DNA from: an uncultured Magnetovibrio sp.
Lineage (GTDB): Bacteria > Pseudomonadota > Alphaproteobacteria > Rhodospirillales > Casp-alpha2
DNA length: 64,000 nt
Reading direction: 5' to 3'
Assembly (NCBI GenBank): GCA_963972255.1
Contig: CAXATO010000017.1
Coordinates: 2,729 to 66,728, forward strand
Positions 47,509-58,400 of this stretch are shown piece by piece (within the stretch, counting starts at the first letter, position 1; every line of letters starts with the position of its first letter). The notes beneath the pieces were generated by a model, which saw only the letters and a list, made by a program, of their open reading frames with translations, was not told the DNA's origin and searched no databases. The translations under genes and the position numbers were made by a program.

Positions 47509-49446
47509 ATGAATAAGAACACATTGGTTGCCGCCATGGTCGGCGTGTCCATGCTTGGCGGGTGCATGCAGATGTCCGGGGTTGAACCGCGGCTTGCCAC
47601 GGGGATTGGCGGCGCGGAATCGGCAGAGGCCAAGCCGAAAACGCACCTGAAACTGACCGAGAACGATTACGAAAAGCCCTTGTGGAAAGCGCTGGACGCC
47701 ATCCGTCGGGGGGCGCTTCCGGAAGCCAATTTCATTCTTAATCAGGCGCTCAACCTGGCGCCGACCGACTCGGACCTGCATTTCCTCAACGCCTATGTCT
47801 ACGAACTGCGCAGCCGCAGCGAAGGGGCAAGGGTGAGCGAATTGGCCCAGTCCGGGTATATCGCCGCGTTGAACAACGATCTGCGCCATTGGCCGTCGGC
47901 TTATCGGCTGGGCCTGTGGCACATGCGCCGCGGGGAACACGGCGAGGCCCTGCGCTGGCTGGGCGAGGCGGCGTTGATCAAGGATGACTCGCCTGAAATC
48001 TTCGAGGCCTTGGCCGAAGCCAGTTATCTGGATTTCGATGCCGCCGCCGCCGAGGCATTCCTGAACCGGGCCGCCGAACTGACCGGCGAGACGGTTGAGA
48101 ACGTGCGCGCCCGCGCCGTGGTCAATGCGGCCCTGAACGACCGCGAAGACGCCGACAAGTTCGTCGAAAAATATAGAGACCTTGTCTCTGAACAAGAGGC
48201 CCGGCGTCTGAGCATGCGGGTGCAGCAGTGGCAGGGATTCCACGACAATGCCCTGAAAAACGCCGCCATTCGCGGCGGCGGGCATATCCAGCAGGCGCAA
48301 TTCTTCGGCGGCAAGGCGCCGGCCGGAGCGCCGTCCAGCAAGTCCCCGGGCAGTACGTCAGGTGCGGCCACGGGGCAACAGAGTGCGGCCGAATCTGAGG
48401 AAAAGCCCGAAGAATTGAAGAAACTGCCGGGCATGCTGGTCGTCGATGCGATCATCATTCGCCAGGCCTCGTCCCTGTCCGAACGGCGGGGCGTCAATCT
48501 GATCTCCCAGCTTCAGGCGAGTTTCAGCGGTGATGTGTTCCAGTTCACCCAGGACAGTGGCACGTCGGGCAGCACCGCGACCAAACGGATTCAAAAGGCG
48601 TTCAAGATCGCCTTGGGCACCAATTCCCAAAGCTCCATTGATTACAGTCTGAACATCGCCAACAACACGGACAACCGCACCGAGGTTCTGGCCCGGCCGT
48701 CGATTACCGTGCTGGAAGGGGAGACAGGCAGCTTTTTCCTGGGGCAGGAAGTGACCTATTCCGTGGACGGTGATGGCGCGGATTCCTTCGACAAGGAAGT
48801 CGGCATTTCCTTCGAGGTGACGCCGGAAATTCTCGACGGCGGCAGGGTGCGTCTGGAAACCAAGGCCGAGTTCGATACCTTCACCACATCGACATCCAGC
48901 GTCACCTTCAACCGCGTCATCCCGACGTTGAAGAACCGCCTGAGCAGCACGGCCATCCTGTCGATCGGCCAGACCCTGGTCTTGGGGGGCGGCACGGAAG
49001 AGGAAAAATCGAAGTCGTCGGACGACGTGCCGGTTCTGGGCCGCGTGCCGCTGTTGCAGTACTTCTTCAGTTCGAAGACATCGACGACGGAAGACACCTC
49101 GCTGATCTTCCTGATCACGCCGCGCTTGGCTGAAACCCTGGACGACCGGGAAAACGTGGACGCCGCCGCCGGGGAACAAGGGGTGAAGACGGACGGCGAT
49201 ATCATGCGCCAGTTGCGTCAAAGGTTCCGAAACTGGTTCGACCCGACCAGCAATCTGACCAAGGCGTTGGTCGGTCTTTCCTATTCCGACCTTTACCGCG
49301 AGTTTCGCGCGGGCGACCTCAAGTTCTCAGACGACGATAAAGACGGTGATTTCGATCGCCTGTTGGCAAACGACGGGAACGGGTTCCTCAACACGTATGA
49401 GGACGGATTTTTCCCGGAACTGTTGCGGTACTTCTATTTCAACTGA
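47509..49446 (+). CDS. lipoprotein secretin with N-terminal TPR domain
   Basis: Lipobox MLGGC. TPR-like helical repeats at roughly residues 45-255, then a low-complexity linker. Secretin C-domain ends in GGGTEEEKSKSSDDVPVLGRVPLLQYFF...LIFLITPRL, followed by a tail of about 110 aa. Confidence 0.85.
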   Translation: MNKNTLVAAMVGVSMLGGCMQMSGVEPRLATGIGGAESAEAKPKTHLKLTENDYEKPLWKALDAIRRGALPEANFILNQALNLAPTDSDLHFLNAYVYELRSRSEGARVSELAQSGYIAALNNDLRHWPSAYRLGLWHMRRGEHGEALRWLGEAALIKDDSPEIFEALAEASYLDFDAAAAEAFLNRAAELTGETVENVRARAVVNAALNDREDADKFVEKYRDLVSEQEARRLSMRVQQWQGFHDNALKNAAIRGGGHIQQAQFFGGKAPAGAPSSKSPGSTSGAATGQQSAAESEEKPEELKKLPGMLVVDAIIIRQASSLSERRGVNLISQLQASFSGDVFQFTQDSGTSGSTATKRIQKAFKIALGTNSQSSIDYSLNIANNTDNRTEVLARPSITVLEGETGSFFLGQEVTYSVDGDGADSFDKEVGISFEVTPEILDGGRVRLETKAEFDTFTTSTSSVTFNRVIPTLKNRLSSTAILSIGQTLVLGGGTEEEKSKSSDDVPVLGRVPLLQYFFSSKTSTTEDTSLIFLITPRLAETLDDRENVDAAAGEQGVKTDGDIMRQLRQRFRNWFDPTSNLTKALVGLSYSDLYREFRAGDLKFSDDDKDGDFDRLLANDGNGFLNTYEDGFFPELLRYFYFN

Positions 49447-49469
49447 GTGGTCGGTGTAAGGATTGCGGC

Positions 49470-52400
49470 ATGCGTAACAACGCCGCGCGCAGGGACGGAC
49501 AGGTCCGGTCTCGAACACGCGCATTGACCATCGTGGCGGCATTGGGGGCGGCTGGGTTCCTGGCGGTCTTTCCGACCGATCTGTCCCAGGCGCAAACCCA
49601 GGAATCCGGTGCGCCGGCCCTTGCCGCACCCAGCGTCACGGCGCCCACGGTCGAGGCACCCAAGGTTGCGGCGCCGGATGCCGGGGCACCGTCGTCGGTT
49701 GAATCCGAACTGCAACAGGAGATCACCAAGGCGTTCAAGAAGTCCGGCCTGTTCAAGGGACTGGATCTGGACCGCCTGGGTCAGGACGGCAAGGCGCGGA
49801 CCCTTAAGTTGTCCGGCAACAAGGGCGAGCTCGAATTTTTTCATTTGCCCGAAGGGGCGCAAGACGACAACACGACGCCGTCTCCGGCCGCATCGGATCA
49901 GCAGACGCCCCCACAAACCCAGCCCGGCGTCCCCGGCGCCCCGACCCCGGCGCCCGTGGACAAGGTGGAAAGCCGGCCCTTGGATGCCCCCGCGCCGCCG
50001 TCGCCTACCGCGTCGGGGCAGGGCGATGACACGGTCAAGGGGAGTTATCATTTCCTTCACAAGCGCGAGAGCTTGCCGCTCCGGCTGTTCGCCGACGCAG
50101 CCGGCCGGTCCGGCGCCATCGATCTGGTGCTCAAGGACGCCGTGCTGATCTACAGTTCGGAAGCCCGCGAGACCCGCTTGTCCAAGCTGAGTATCCCCCC
50201 CGCGACAACGCGCTATCTGAAAAAGTTCATCACCGCCAAACGCCGTGCCATGGATCTGCCCGCGGGCGGCATGATCTTTGCCCGGCTGGTCATCCGTGAA
50301 AATTCGTTCCTGGACAATCTGGATAAGGCCCTCGACTTCAAGGAAAAGGAAGTCCTGGTGCAGGGGCACCTCAGCTATCGCATGTTCCGCCGCCTGGTCG
50401 GGCTTAGCGTGAAGCCGGCAAAGCCGGACGTCACGGATGACGACATCAAGCTGACGTTCAACCTGGAAGGATTTCGGCCGCCGAAGATCGGACGTTATGT
50501 GGACGCCGCCGATCTGGCATTGACGATCGCACCGGACAGCAACGGGCGGCTGGACATGACGGGAACGGCAGCGGCCCGGTTCGGGTTCGGCGCGCGCAAG
50601 GTCAAGGCCGCTGGGAGGCTTGATTTCGACGCCGTGTCGGGCGATGGCGAGCCCGTATTCCGCATGACCGCCAAGGCGGGCCCGCGCGACCTGCGCAACA
50701 TCAAGGTCGACGGCGCCCAGGCCAAAGAGATCGACTTTTTGTTTTCGTTGGACGATGCCTATGTGCCCAAGCTGCGGGCCGAAGGTTATGGTGAGCGTTC
50801 GGGCGAGCGAATTCCCATTGCCGGTGAATTGGACGAGGAAGACGGAAAAGATCTATTTAAGCTGGACGGCAATACCCTGGAAGCCGTCGCGGGTCTGGAC
50901 ATTCCCGGGTTCGATGAGATCAAACTTGGCAATGTACCGAAGCTGACCACGGGCCGCGCCGTGTCGGTCGATACGATCATCCGCGGGCAGCCGGCGAAGC
51001 TGGTGATCGGGCCCGTCACCAACAATGACGCGGCCTATGTGGCCTTGTCCGTCGATGGCGCCGGGATTGAGATGCTGGTGCCTAAAAGTGTCCTGGGGGA
51101 TCTGGGCCAGGTCGAGACAGGACGCGCCGTGTTCCTGTACGTGCCCAAGGGGCGGGGGCCGCCCAAACTGTCGGATCTGCCGAAGCCGTTCCGAACTCTG
51201 TTCGAGGAGTTTTTTACGGACAAGGATCTGAGCAGCGCCAAGCCGGGGATGAATCTGTTTCAGGCCTCGGGCTTCGCCGAAAAGCATCCGTTTTCCACCT
51301 TGCTGTCGCTGTTCCGTCAAGGGCGGGCGAACGAGGGCGGTATCAAGATCGTCGGCCAGATCGATCCCCTGGTGTTCGACGAACCCGATGAGTCCGCAGC
51401 CGAGGCTTGGCGCAGTGGCGATGCGCGCGGACGGCTGAAGCGCGTCCTGGCGACCCTGCGCCTGCGGGGTGAAGTGTCGGGATTGGAGGGGGTCGGTCTA
51501 AGCAACCTGTTCCGTCTTGCCGACCGGGCGGAGTTCGTCTTCGAGGGCGGATCGTCGGGCAAGGTTTCCGCAGGGTTGGATTTCGGCGGCACCTTGACGT
51601 TGCCGGGGGCCAAGGCGCCGCGCTATTTCGAATTCGCCGCCGCGGCCCGGTCCGACGGCGCATTCCGTTGGCAGGGTGACGAGGTCGATGCCCAAGGCGA
51701 GGATATTCGAGGCGGTCAGCGGGTCACCCTGACGGGAGCCATCCGCAACAAGCGTCCGGTTGACCTGAGCTTGGCACTGGCCGGTGGTTTCCGGTTGGGA
51801 GATCTGTCACGCCTCCAGGTGCCGGGTCTGGCGGATTTGGAAATTCAGGACGTCTATCTGAGCCGCAAGGTCATTTCCGGCGCCTTGGGCCAGGGCAATG
51901 CCCGGTCCACCATCACCATCGTCGATAAGCCGGATGCCCGTCTGGCCGTGATCGATGTCAGTCGCGGGGTACGCCCGGCGGCCTATCTGCCGGGATTGAA
52001 CCGCACGCCCCTGGCCGGTCTGGAGTTACCGGAGACGGCGATCCTCATTGCCGGGCCCGGCAGTGGCGTGGAGGCGATCGACAGCCTGCCGACCGCCATG
52101 GCCCAGTCCTTGAAGAAAACGCTGGAAGGCGGCAGCATCGTTCTCAAGCCGGGGATTTCGTTCCTCAGCCGTCTGTCGTTCGACGGTGACGACCCCTTGG
52201 CGCGATTGGCCCGGCGTCTCGGCGTGCCCATAACGGAGACGGCCTTTCTATCGGGCGATATTCCCGCTGCCGTGGTCAAGGCAGTTGCCGGGGGGCGGGC
52301 ACCCAAGGTCCTGGCCGGATTGTCCTTGAAGGCGCAACTGCCGCGATTGACCCTGCCGGGGCTGGAAAACCTGTTCAAGTTGTCGGACGTGACGGAACTG

Positions 52401-55400
52401 GCGCTGACCAGTGACGCGGCCGGGGCCATGGAACTGGCCCTGAAATCCGGGGGCACCTTTACCATTCCCATCGTCGGGCGTGATGAGCAGGTACAGGTCG
52501 ACGCCCGCATAACCGGGCAGGGCGCCCAGCGCATGGCCACGGTCGATATCGAGGCTGCCTCCAAACTGCACCTGACGGCGGAAGCTCCGCTTGATTTCAA
52601 GAACCTGGCCAAGGCCAAGGATTTCTCGGTTTCCATCGACAACGGCCTGACCCTGTCGGACCTACTGGGCACGGAAGTGCCCGGCATCGGCAGCCTGCGC
52701 CTGGCCGAAGCGAAATTGTCCTTGGGTCATGTCCAGGGGACCCTGGCGCTGGGCGACACGAAGTTCACGGTCAACCTCGCGGCCCTTGGTGGCGGTGGCG
52801 GCGGCGGCAACCCCCTGGCTCGGCTGATGACGATGGAGGTCTCGGACCTGCCCGGTCTGTCGGTGATTCCCGGCCTGGGGGCAACGCCACTGGCGGATGT
52901 TCGCTTGGGTGATCTTGTGTTCGCTTATCTGCCGACACTCGGCGGCGGCGGTGGGGACGGCCTGGCCCTGGACAAACTGCCGGAGGGGATCAGGCATCTG
53001 GCGGGCAGGCTGTCCGGGCCGTCGGGCGGCAGCAGGCTGCTACCCGGCCTGAACCTGGTGTCGGCCGTTGATCCCACCAAATTGGGCAAGCTGTCCGACT
53101 TGCTGACCAAACTGGGCGCCGGCGGTGGCGGCAAACCGTTCAAGCTGAAGGCGGTCATGCCGGGCGAGGCGCTTGCCTTCATCCGCGACAAACTGCCCAA
53201 GGGGAAAAGCGGTGGGTCCGGCGGGGCGGCGGCCAAGGCCAAGAAACTGGCCGGGACGGTTGTCGCCAAGATCATCCAGAAAACGGACCTCACCATTCCG
53301 GTTCCGGCGATCAAGCTGCCGGGGGTTGGTGACTATCTGTCGTCACGGGCGGCCCAGATAAAGCTGACGGGCGGCGAGGGCGCGAACGGCGCGGCGCTTA
53401 CCACGGCAATCACCGGCGCCTTCGATTTCGTCCTGCCGGGCACGCCCACGTCGGGCAACATGGATCATGAAATCACGCTCACCCTGGATGCGGGCCGCAA
53501 TCTGGCGGCGGCGGTCAACGGCACCGGGCGGCTGAACAATGTGGCGGGGCAGTTGACCCTGTCCGGATCGCTGGCCACGGGCGGGGGACGCAAGGCGGAT
53601 CTGGCGCTGGCCCTGGACGGCGAGGGATTGACGCTGGCCAATGTCATGGGCTTGAACGTGCCCGGCCTGTCGGATGTGGCACTGACCAAGGCCGCCATCC
53701 GCGCCGGGCTGGTCAGCGGTGAGATCATGGTCAAGGGCGCGACGTTCCAGGCCACGGCTTTTGATTTCGCCCGCGATAAGAAACCGGCCCTGGCCGTGGT
53801 TGCGGCAGACCTGGATGCAGCCCAGATTCTGCCCGCCTTGGCCGGCACGGCCCTGGACGCGGCGACGCTTGAACGCACGACCTTCCTGTACCTGCCCCAG
53901 GGCCGCAAGGAGACCTTGTCCGAAACCGGGTTCCCGGCAGAACTCGTCGGGCGTTTCGACCTGGCCAAGGTCGGCGACGGATTCAATGCCGAACTGATGG
54001 CGCGGCCGAAGCAAGGCGGCCAGTTGGCGGACCTGCTGGGCGGGCTGGGCATCCGCCTGACGGACCCGCTCGAGATCGAAGGCCGATTCAACGCCAATCC
54101 CTTCACGGCGTCGGGGAAGGACCTGATCGCCGCCATCGATCTGACGGCGACCCTGCCGACCCTGAGTTTCAACAAGATCGGCCCCGTGGCCATCAATTTC
54201 CCGTCGCGCCCGGTTCTCGCCCTGAAGGGAAGCGACACGGGATTGACCACGCGCGTCGATACCTCGATCCGCTTTACCCTGCCGGGACCGGGGCGCGTCT
54301 ATGAAGGCGACGGATCCTTCACCACCGAGCCGATGGAGGGGGGCAAGCGGCGGCTGACCTTCGCGGGCTCGGCCCTCGACCCGGGCGGACGAAAGGCTCT
54401 TATCGAAGCCTCGTTGCCCTTGCCGGGATCGCCGCGTGATTTCAGGCTCAAGTTCTCGGGTGAACAGACCCTGTCCAGTCTGCTCGGCGTGGACATTCCG
54501 GTGATCGGCGATCTCAACCTGAAAGAGGTCGAGCGGGACACGGATTATCTGGTCGCCAAGATCGCCTTGAAGGGCTTCGAGACCACGGTCGGCGCGTTCC
54601 GCACGGAAGGGCGCTGGGCGGTGACGCTATCCGCCGCCGGGTTGAAGCCGTCCGAATTCATTCCCGGCCTGGGATCGTCGCCCATCGCCGGCCTGACATT
54701 GCCGCAGGCCGTGTTCACCTATATCCCCGGTCAATCGGGCGATAACAAATCCTTGCGTCTGCCCTTCGATGTGGCGGCTTTGCCCGACAAGGTGAGAACC
54801 GCCGTCGGTCCCTTGCTCAGTCCCTTCGGCGGTGGCGGGTCGTCGTTCCGCCCCGGGCTCAATCTGAAAAGCTTCCTCAAACCCGGCGATCTGCCGGCCC
54901 TGAAGAAATTGTTCGCCTTCACCGGCAGCGGGGGTGGGCAGCCACTGAAACTATCGGGCGTGTTGCCGGTAGAGGTGCTGAAATCCTTGGTGTCGGGCGG
55001 CGGCGGTGGCGGTAACAGCGCCATCAAGACCCGCGCCAAAGAGGTCGTCGCAGGGCTGGTTCAAAAGGTCGACCTGGAAACCAAACTGCCGGCCGTGAAC
55101 CTGCCGGGTGTCCGTGATGTGGTCGCCTTTGACGATCCCATGCTGCGTATTCAGGGATTGTCGGAGAATGGAAAGGTCGCCCTGGTAACCCGCATCACCG
55201 GCGACATGCAGGTCACGCTGCCGGGGGTGGCGCCACTGGCCCTCGCGGGCAGCCTGCGGCTTGCGGCACGGGTGGACGGGGTCGGTCTGGATGTCGAGGG
55301 CGGCAGCGACCGTCTGCGCCTGACGGGCAGCGTCGACCTGAACAAGGCCGATCCTCGCCTGCAATTGGCGGTGGCGTCGGACATCACCGTGCAGGACCTG

Positions 55401-58400
55401 ATCGGCACGTCGGTGCCCGGGATCGGCGATCTCGCCCTGACCGATGCCCGCATCGGCTCGGAAGTGATTTCCGGCACGGTCCAGTTGCGCGGTTCCCAGA
55501 CGACTCTGGCGGTGTTCGATTTCAAGAAGGATAAGAAACCCTTCGTCGCCCTGGTGCCGGAAAGCGTGGATGCCGCCGATTTCATTCCGGGTGTGCGCGG
55601 CACGCCCTTGGACAACGCCAAGCTGACTCGGGGGGCGTTGGTCTACGTGCCCGGCGAGAAAGACGCGTATCCTGAGAACGACGCCTATCCGGACAGTGTC
55701 ACGGCGGCGCTCAAACTGGTGTCGCGCGACGGCGCGCTGCCGCCGTCCCAGGGGCTGCGCGCGGGCTTCATTGTCGAACCCAAGGCCGAGAGCCCCCTGG
55801 CCAAGGCCCTGGCCTTTGTCGGGGTCAAGGAGGACACCCTGGAAGTCGCCGGCGTACTGCCGTCGATTGTACTGGCATCCCGGCCGGGCGGCACCGGCCG
55901 AGGGTTGAGCGGCGATGCCTTGAAACAGGCCGTCGCCGCGGTCGATCTGGAAGCCCGCCTGCCGGCCATCAATCTGCCCGGCATCGACAAGGTGCTGACC
56001 CTCGGCGCACCGTCTTTCCTGATCAAGGGGACGCCGGTCACCGATATCAAGGGGCAATCGACGGGCGAGGTCAGGCTGCGCGTCGGCATGGCCGGTGACC
56101 TGGTCCTCAACCTGCCGGGACATGCCTTGGCCTTCGATGGTGGCATCGACATCGAAAAGACCACGGGCGGCAAGGCGTTCCGGCTGGCCGTGCGGTCGAC
56201 TTCCACCGTCAACTGGGACAAGGCCTTCGGACTGCCGTTTCTGGGGCTGAACAATCTGGCCCTGAGCGGCGCAATCGAGCGCACGGCGGAGGGCCGGGCG
56301 CTGTTGGATGCATCGCTTTCGACCATGGCGCGGCTCGACAAGCAGGAATTCGAGGCCGTCAGTTCTCTGACCCTCAAGTCCAATGCCGCCCCGGAACTGC
56401 GGTTCACGATCCCCGGCAAGATCGACGTCGCCAAACTGCCGCTGATCGGCGGGCTCAAGGGCATCAACGAGCTGAGTTTCGCCAATCTGTGGATCGGCAC
56501 CGGCGGCCTGGGGGGCAAGGTGCGCATCGACAAGCTGGGCATCGGCGGCGAGGGGGCGATCTTCCTGCACGGCGGCAAGCCCATTGCCCTGGTCAAGGCC
56601 GATCCGTTCAAGATCACCGACCTAGTCGGGAACTCGGGCCCGGCCAGCAAGTTCAAGCAGGTGTTGGAAGGGGCGGCCCAGATCTCCCTGCCTGAATCGG
56701 TGTTCGCCATTTCCACGGCGGACCTGTCGAACGTTCCCGTCGGGGACCTGCCGGCGGGCCTGCTGTCCATGGTCGAGGGACTGATGCCGAAATCGGGTGG
56801 CGACAAACGCACCCTGCCGTTCGGAGCCGGGGTGTCCTTGATCGCGGCCCTGTCGGAAGAAAACCTGCCGTCGGCGGTCCGCCAGGTCGCGACCCGCGAC
56901 GTCAACATCTTCAAGGCCGTGGACGGGCCGCTGTTGCTGGCCGGTAGCCTGAAGGGGGTGTTCGACGGCAACCTGGAAGCGCGCCTGGACGCGCGCCTGC
57001 CCAATTTCAAGCTGCCCGAGGGCCAGCCATGGCGTCAGTTGGTATCCATCGACAGTGTCGGTGCCGAAGGCTTCCTGTTCGTCGACGTGCCGAAGCTGCA
57101 GATGGGCCTTGGCGTCAACGGTAACATCACCCTGGACGTGCCGCGCCTGAGCACGCCGAGCAAGTCCGACAAGCTGAAGTTTGGCGGTGACCTGTATACG
57201 TCGTTCGACGCCGTGTCCTGGGCCGGCAGTTTCAAGCTGGCCGCCAACATGAAAGGCGATTGGCATCAGCCGTTCGGCATTTCCAAGAATCATACCTTCC
57301 GCAACCCGGCGATCCTGATCGGATTTGATTCCGAAGGCAGCGTCGAATTCGGTGTTGGGGCTTCGGCGATCGTGACCGGTTTGGGCCGCAAACAGGACCG
57401 CACGGTGACGGCGGATGCGGATTTCCTGGTCAACATCAACTTCTCGACCTCCATCCCGCTGCCGAAAAAACTGGCTGTCGCCTACAAGGTCAAAGGCGAG
57501 CTGAGCCAATGGACGTCGCTGGAAATGATGGAGGCCAACTTCAAGGGTGTCCTGGGCGGGCCGATGGCCAATGAGGTTCTCAAGGTCCTGCCCGACAAGA
57601 AATCCCGCGACGCCGCCAAGTACCTCCAAACGGAAATCCTCAAACGCAGCATTTTCGACATCATCCGCGTGGATGAACTGCCCCTGCCGACCTTGAGCGT
57701 CGTCGATCCGGTCATCTTCTTTGCCACGCCGGGGGCCAAGATTCCCGGGCGTGACGATACGCTGGATACCATGGGCGTGCGCGTCGGCGGCGGCGCTTAT
57801 ATGTCCTTGTTCGGGAACAAGAAGCGCCTGGGCGGGACAGACCTGCGTCTGACCTTGTCGGACGGCCTGATCTTGAAAGGCGATCTTGCCGACATCACCT
57901 TGCCGCCGATTCTCAAGGTCCAGAATGCCAAAGTCGACATCGTCGCCAACATCAAGCAACTGCCCCATTTCAAGGTATCGGGGAACACCGATTTCCTGGG
58001 CGCCAAGGAAAACATCGATATCGAGTTTTCCAAGGACCGCATCCATTTCGAACTGGAACGGGATTTGGGCCGAGTGATCAAGACCCGGTTCTTGGCGCAA
58101 ACAGACAGCGGCGATGTGTTGGGCGCGCGCGAATTCCTGGTCGAGGCCGATACCAAGACGGAAATCGACAAGCTGATCTCGGACGAAGTCTTCCCTCGGA
58201 TGGGCATTCCGAAGGTCGTGTTCGACGCCATCAAGTCGTCGACTCCGATCTTCATCCATGGCGCCAAGTTCCGCGGCAAACTGGTGGACTTTCTCAAGGG
58301 CGGCGAGGTGACGCTGGAGGTCGATCACAGCTTCTTCGGCACGCGTATGAAGGAACCGGCCGTGGCCAAGGTCAAGCCGGCCTGGGCGTCGGCCAACCCG

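Noticed and set aside
52787-55013. Runs of GGC/GGT codons (poly-Gly) as possible simple-sequence or phase-variation tracts, or assembly artefacts.
   Set aside because: The tracts use mixed GGC/GGT/GGG codons, are short (4-7 codons), are in frame, and sit at equivalent positions in diverged modules. They look like protein linkers rather than slippage-prone homopolymers.
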